DNA of 64,000 nucleotides from Acidimicrobiales bacterium (GTDB lineage: Bacteria; Actinomycetota; Acidimicrobiia; Acidimicrobiales; SZUA-35): the NCBI GenBank assembly GCA_050633745.1, contig JBOEHD010000040.1, positions 1,435 through 65,434 of the forward strand, given 5' to 3'. Position 1 is the stretch's first letter, and every line of letters starts with the position of its first letter. A program made the position numbers and the translations under genes. This document shows, piece by piece, positions 62,693 to 64,000 of the stretch. Below the pieces are notes generated by a model. The model was not told the DNA's origin. It saw only the letters and a list, made by a program, of their open reading frames with translations, and ran no database searches.

Positions 62693-63325
62693 TTACGAGC
62701 TCTGCCTAGATTCGGGTGTTCTGATCATCGGGGTCATCACCGGACCATCGGGCAGGCGAACCTCGGTGATTGCTTTGAAGCCATGTCGTTCGTAGAGCGA
62801 GATGTTGCGGGGATTGCTCGATTCCAGATACGCCAAGGTGTCCTCCGAATCGCAGACGTCCAGCACCCGAGAGAGCAGCTTTGCCCCGTAACCGTTCCCG
62901 CGGGACTCGGGGTCGACCCCAATCGTCGAAAGGTAGAAGTGTGGTTCTTCAGGGTGGAAGTCTGTCGCCTCTCGCAAGGCCACCAGCACAGCTTCAGCCC
63001 GCTTAGGACCATATGCCTCGGACAGCAGGCGAAATACTTCCCTGCCGGATACTTCGTTGAACAACGATGAGTCGGGCGGCGCCCAGAGCGCAGCCCCCTC
63101 CCCCTCGGTCAGCTCATAGGCATGACCAACCGAGATCGACCGTTCGCATACGATGCGCATGAACGCGGTGAGCGATCGCGCTGGATCGGGAGCGTCGTCA
63201 AAGATCCAGCACATCACAGGATCATCGGCAAAGGCCCGAGCAACTACTTCGCTAACCGCCTCTGCCCTGGATCGAACTACATGCCTTGTCGCATTCACGG
63301 AGAGACCATAAGCGCGTGGTTGCAT
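62693..63325 (-). CDS. GNAT family N-acetyltransferase
   Basis: The acetyl-CoA binding motif is present (VDPESRGNGYGAKLLSRVL), followed by LESSNPRNISLYERHGF. Confidence 0.8.
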   Translation of the reverse strand: MQPRAYGLSVNATRHVVRSRAEAVSEVVARAFADDPVMCWIFDDAPDPARSLTAFMRIVCERSISVGHAYELTEGEGAALWAPPDSSLFNEVSGREVFRLLSEAYGPKRAEAVLVALREATDFHPEEPHFYLSTIGVDPESRGNGYGAKLLSRVLDVCDSEDTLAYLESSNPRNISLYERHGFKAITEVRLPDGPVMTPMIRTPESRQSS

Positions 63326-63390
63326 CGAGGCGAACCACAGGGGGTATTTCCATTGCGCTTTCGGTATTCATCGTTTATCGTCGATGAACG

Positions 63391-63696
63391 ATGATACTTT
63401 CGAACGGACAAGCCGATGAGTACGCCAGTTGGTTCCGATGCCTGGCCGATGGCACCCGGCTGCGAATCTTGAACCTAGTTGCCAACGCGTCGGAGCCGAT
63501 CACCGTTGGCGAGATCGTCGAGACAGTCGGCAAGAGCCAGTCAACCGTCTCTCGCCATCTGCAGATCTTGGCCGAAGATCGGTTCGTGTTCACCGAGCCA
63601 GACGGCATACGCACGTTGGTTCGAGTCAACGAGCTATGCATGACAGCTCTACCGGAAGCGGCCTCGGCCATCATGTCGCGGCAGACGCCGGCGTGA
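63391..63696 (+). CDS. ArsR/SmtB family transcriptional regulator
   Basis: The winged-HTH sequence FRCLADGTRLRILNLVANASEPITVGEIVETVGKSQSTVSRHLQILAED is present. Confidence 0.85.
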   Translation: MILSNGQADEYASWFRCLADGTRLRILNLVANASEPITVGEIVETVGKSQSTVSRHLQILAEDRFVFTEPDGIRTLVRVNELCMTALPEAASAIMSRQTPA

Positions 63697-64000
63697 TCGC
63701 TGACACAGCGTGGCTGCTGGCCGAACTCGTCGCGCTGTTCTTCGGTGTGGCGTTCGTGATTCAGTTGATCCAGCGACGCCTCGGACCAGAACGCCTGCGG
63801 ACCTGGATGGGTGGCTCTCCGGTGGCTTCAGCGCTCAAGGGCATCGCCATTGGGTTCGTGACGCCGTTCTGCACCTACTCGGCCATACCCATGCTCGTCG
63901 GGCTTCGCCAGGCCGGAGTACCTCCTGCGGGCTATGTCGCCTTCATCGCCGCGGCACCGGTTCTGGATCCGGTGCTCTTTGGTGCACTGGTGCTGATCGT
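63693..64000 (+). CDS. Permease (UPF0718/ArsP-like), N-terminal part; continues beyond the window end
   Basis: GTG overlaps the ArsR stop (GTGA). The translation ...GIAIGFVTPFCTYSAIPMLVGLRQAGVPPAGYVAFIAAAPVLDP is typical of this permease family. Confidence 0.75.
   Translation, partial: MIADTAWLLAELVALFFGVAFVIQLIQRRLGPERLRTWMGGSPVASALKGIAIGFVTPFCTYSAIPMLVGLRQAGVPPAGYVAFIAAAPVLDPVLFGALVLI

Noticed and set aside
1-64000. Search by eye for CRISPR arrays, rRNA/tRNA genes, transposases, integrases, prophage genes and toxin-antitoxin pairs
   Set aside because: I found no regularly spaced direct repeats of CRISPR size, no tRNA-like cloverleaf candidates in the intergenic regions I inspected, and no ORF with DDE, tyrosine- or serine-recombinase or phage structural motifs. 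A tRNAscan, Infernal or ISfinder run would be needed to exclude them formally.

Overview
GC-rich chromosomal segment. GTG/TTG starts, 1-4 nt start/stop overlaps and several LLM/F420-type and PPOX-type oxidoreductases suggest an actinobacterial origin (inference). I call about 60 protein-coding genes. I recognised no rRNA, tRNA, CRISPR array, transposase or integrase. Most of the window is housekeeping and accessory metabolism: partial folP, an M48 protease, comEA-comEC, a thioredoxin-type co-chaperone, an AI-2E transporter and many CoA-linked enzymes (two family III CoA-transferases, acyl-CoA/acyl-AMP ligases, thioesterase II, crotonase, a SucCD-like ligase with a CoA-acylating aldehyde dehydrogenase). 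It also carries four LLM oxidoreductases, a sulfatase, gamma-glutamyltransferase, a ZIP transporter, two MetE-like methyltransferases and an ArsR-permease pair. Signalling genes include HDOD, a pentapeptide-repeat K+ channel, a BLUF photoreceptor and a HAMP-GGDEF cyclase. The stand-out is a compact locus at 38.7-43.2 kb. A patatin-like phospholipase sits 9 nt upstream of a 668-aa protein with three regions: a TIR/deoxyribosyltransferase-like Rossmannoid N-terminus, a TPR-like middle, and a C-terminal SLOG (DprA/LOG-like) domain. This pair is transcribed divergently from a protein with two tandem SLATT-like 2TM modules, across a 250-bp intergenic region containing tandem direct repeats. This combination of lipase effector, pore-type effector and nucleotide-sensor-like domain, with no CD-NTase/SMODS cyclase, resembles nucleotide-signalling conflict systems (CBASS, Thoeris). 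It does not match any named system I can recall. All domain calls come from motif recognition by eye and need profile or structure searches.
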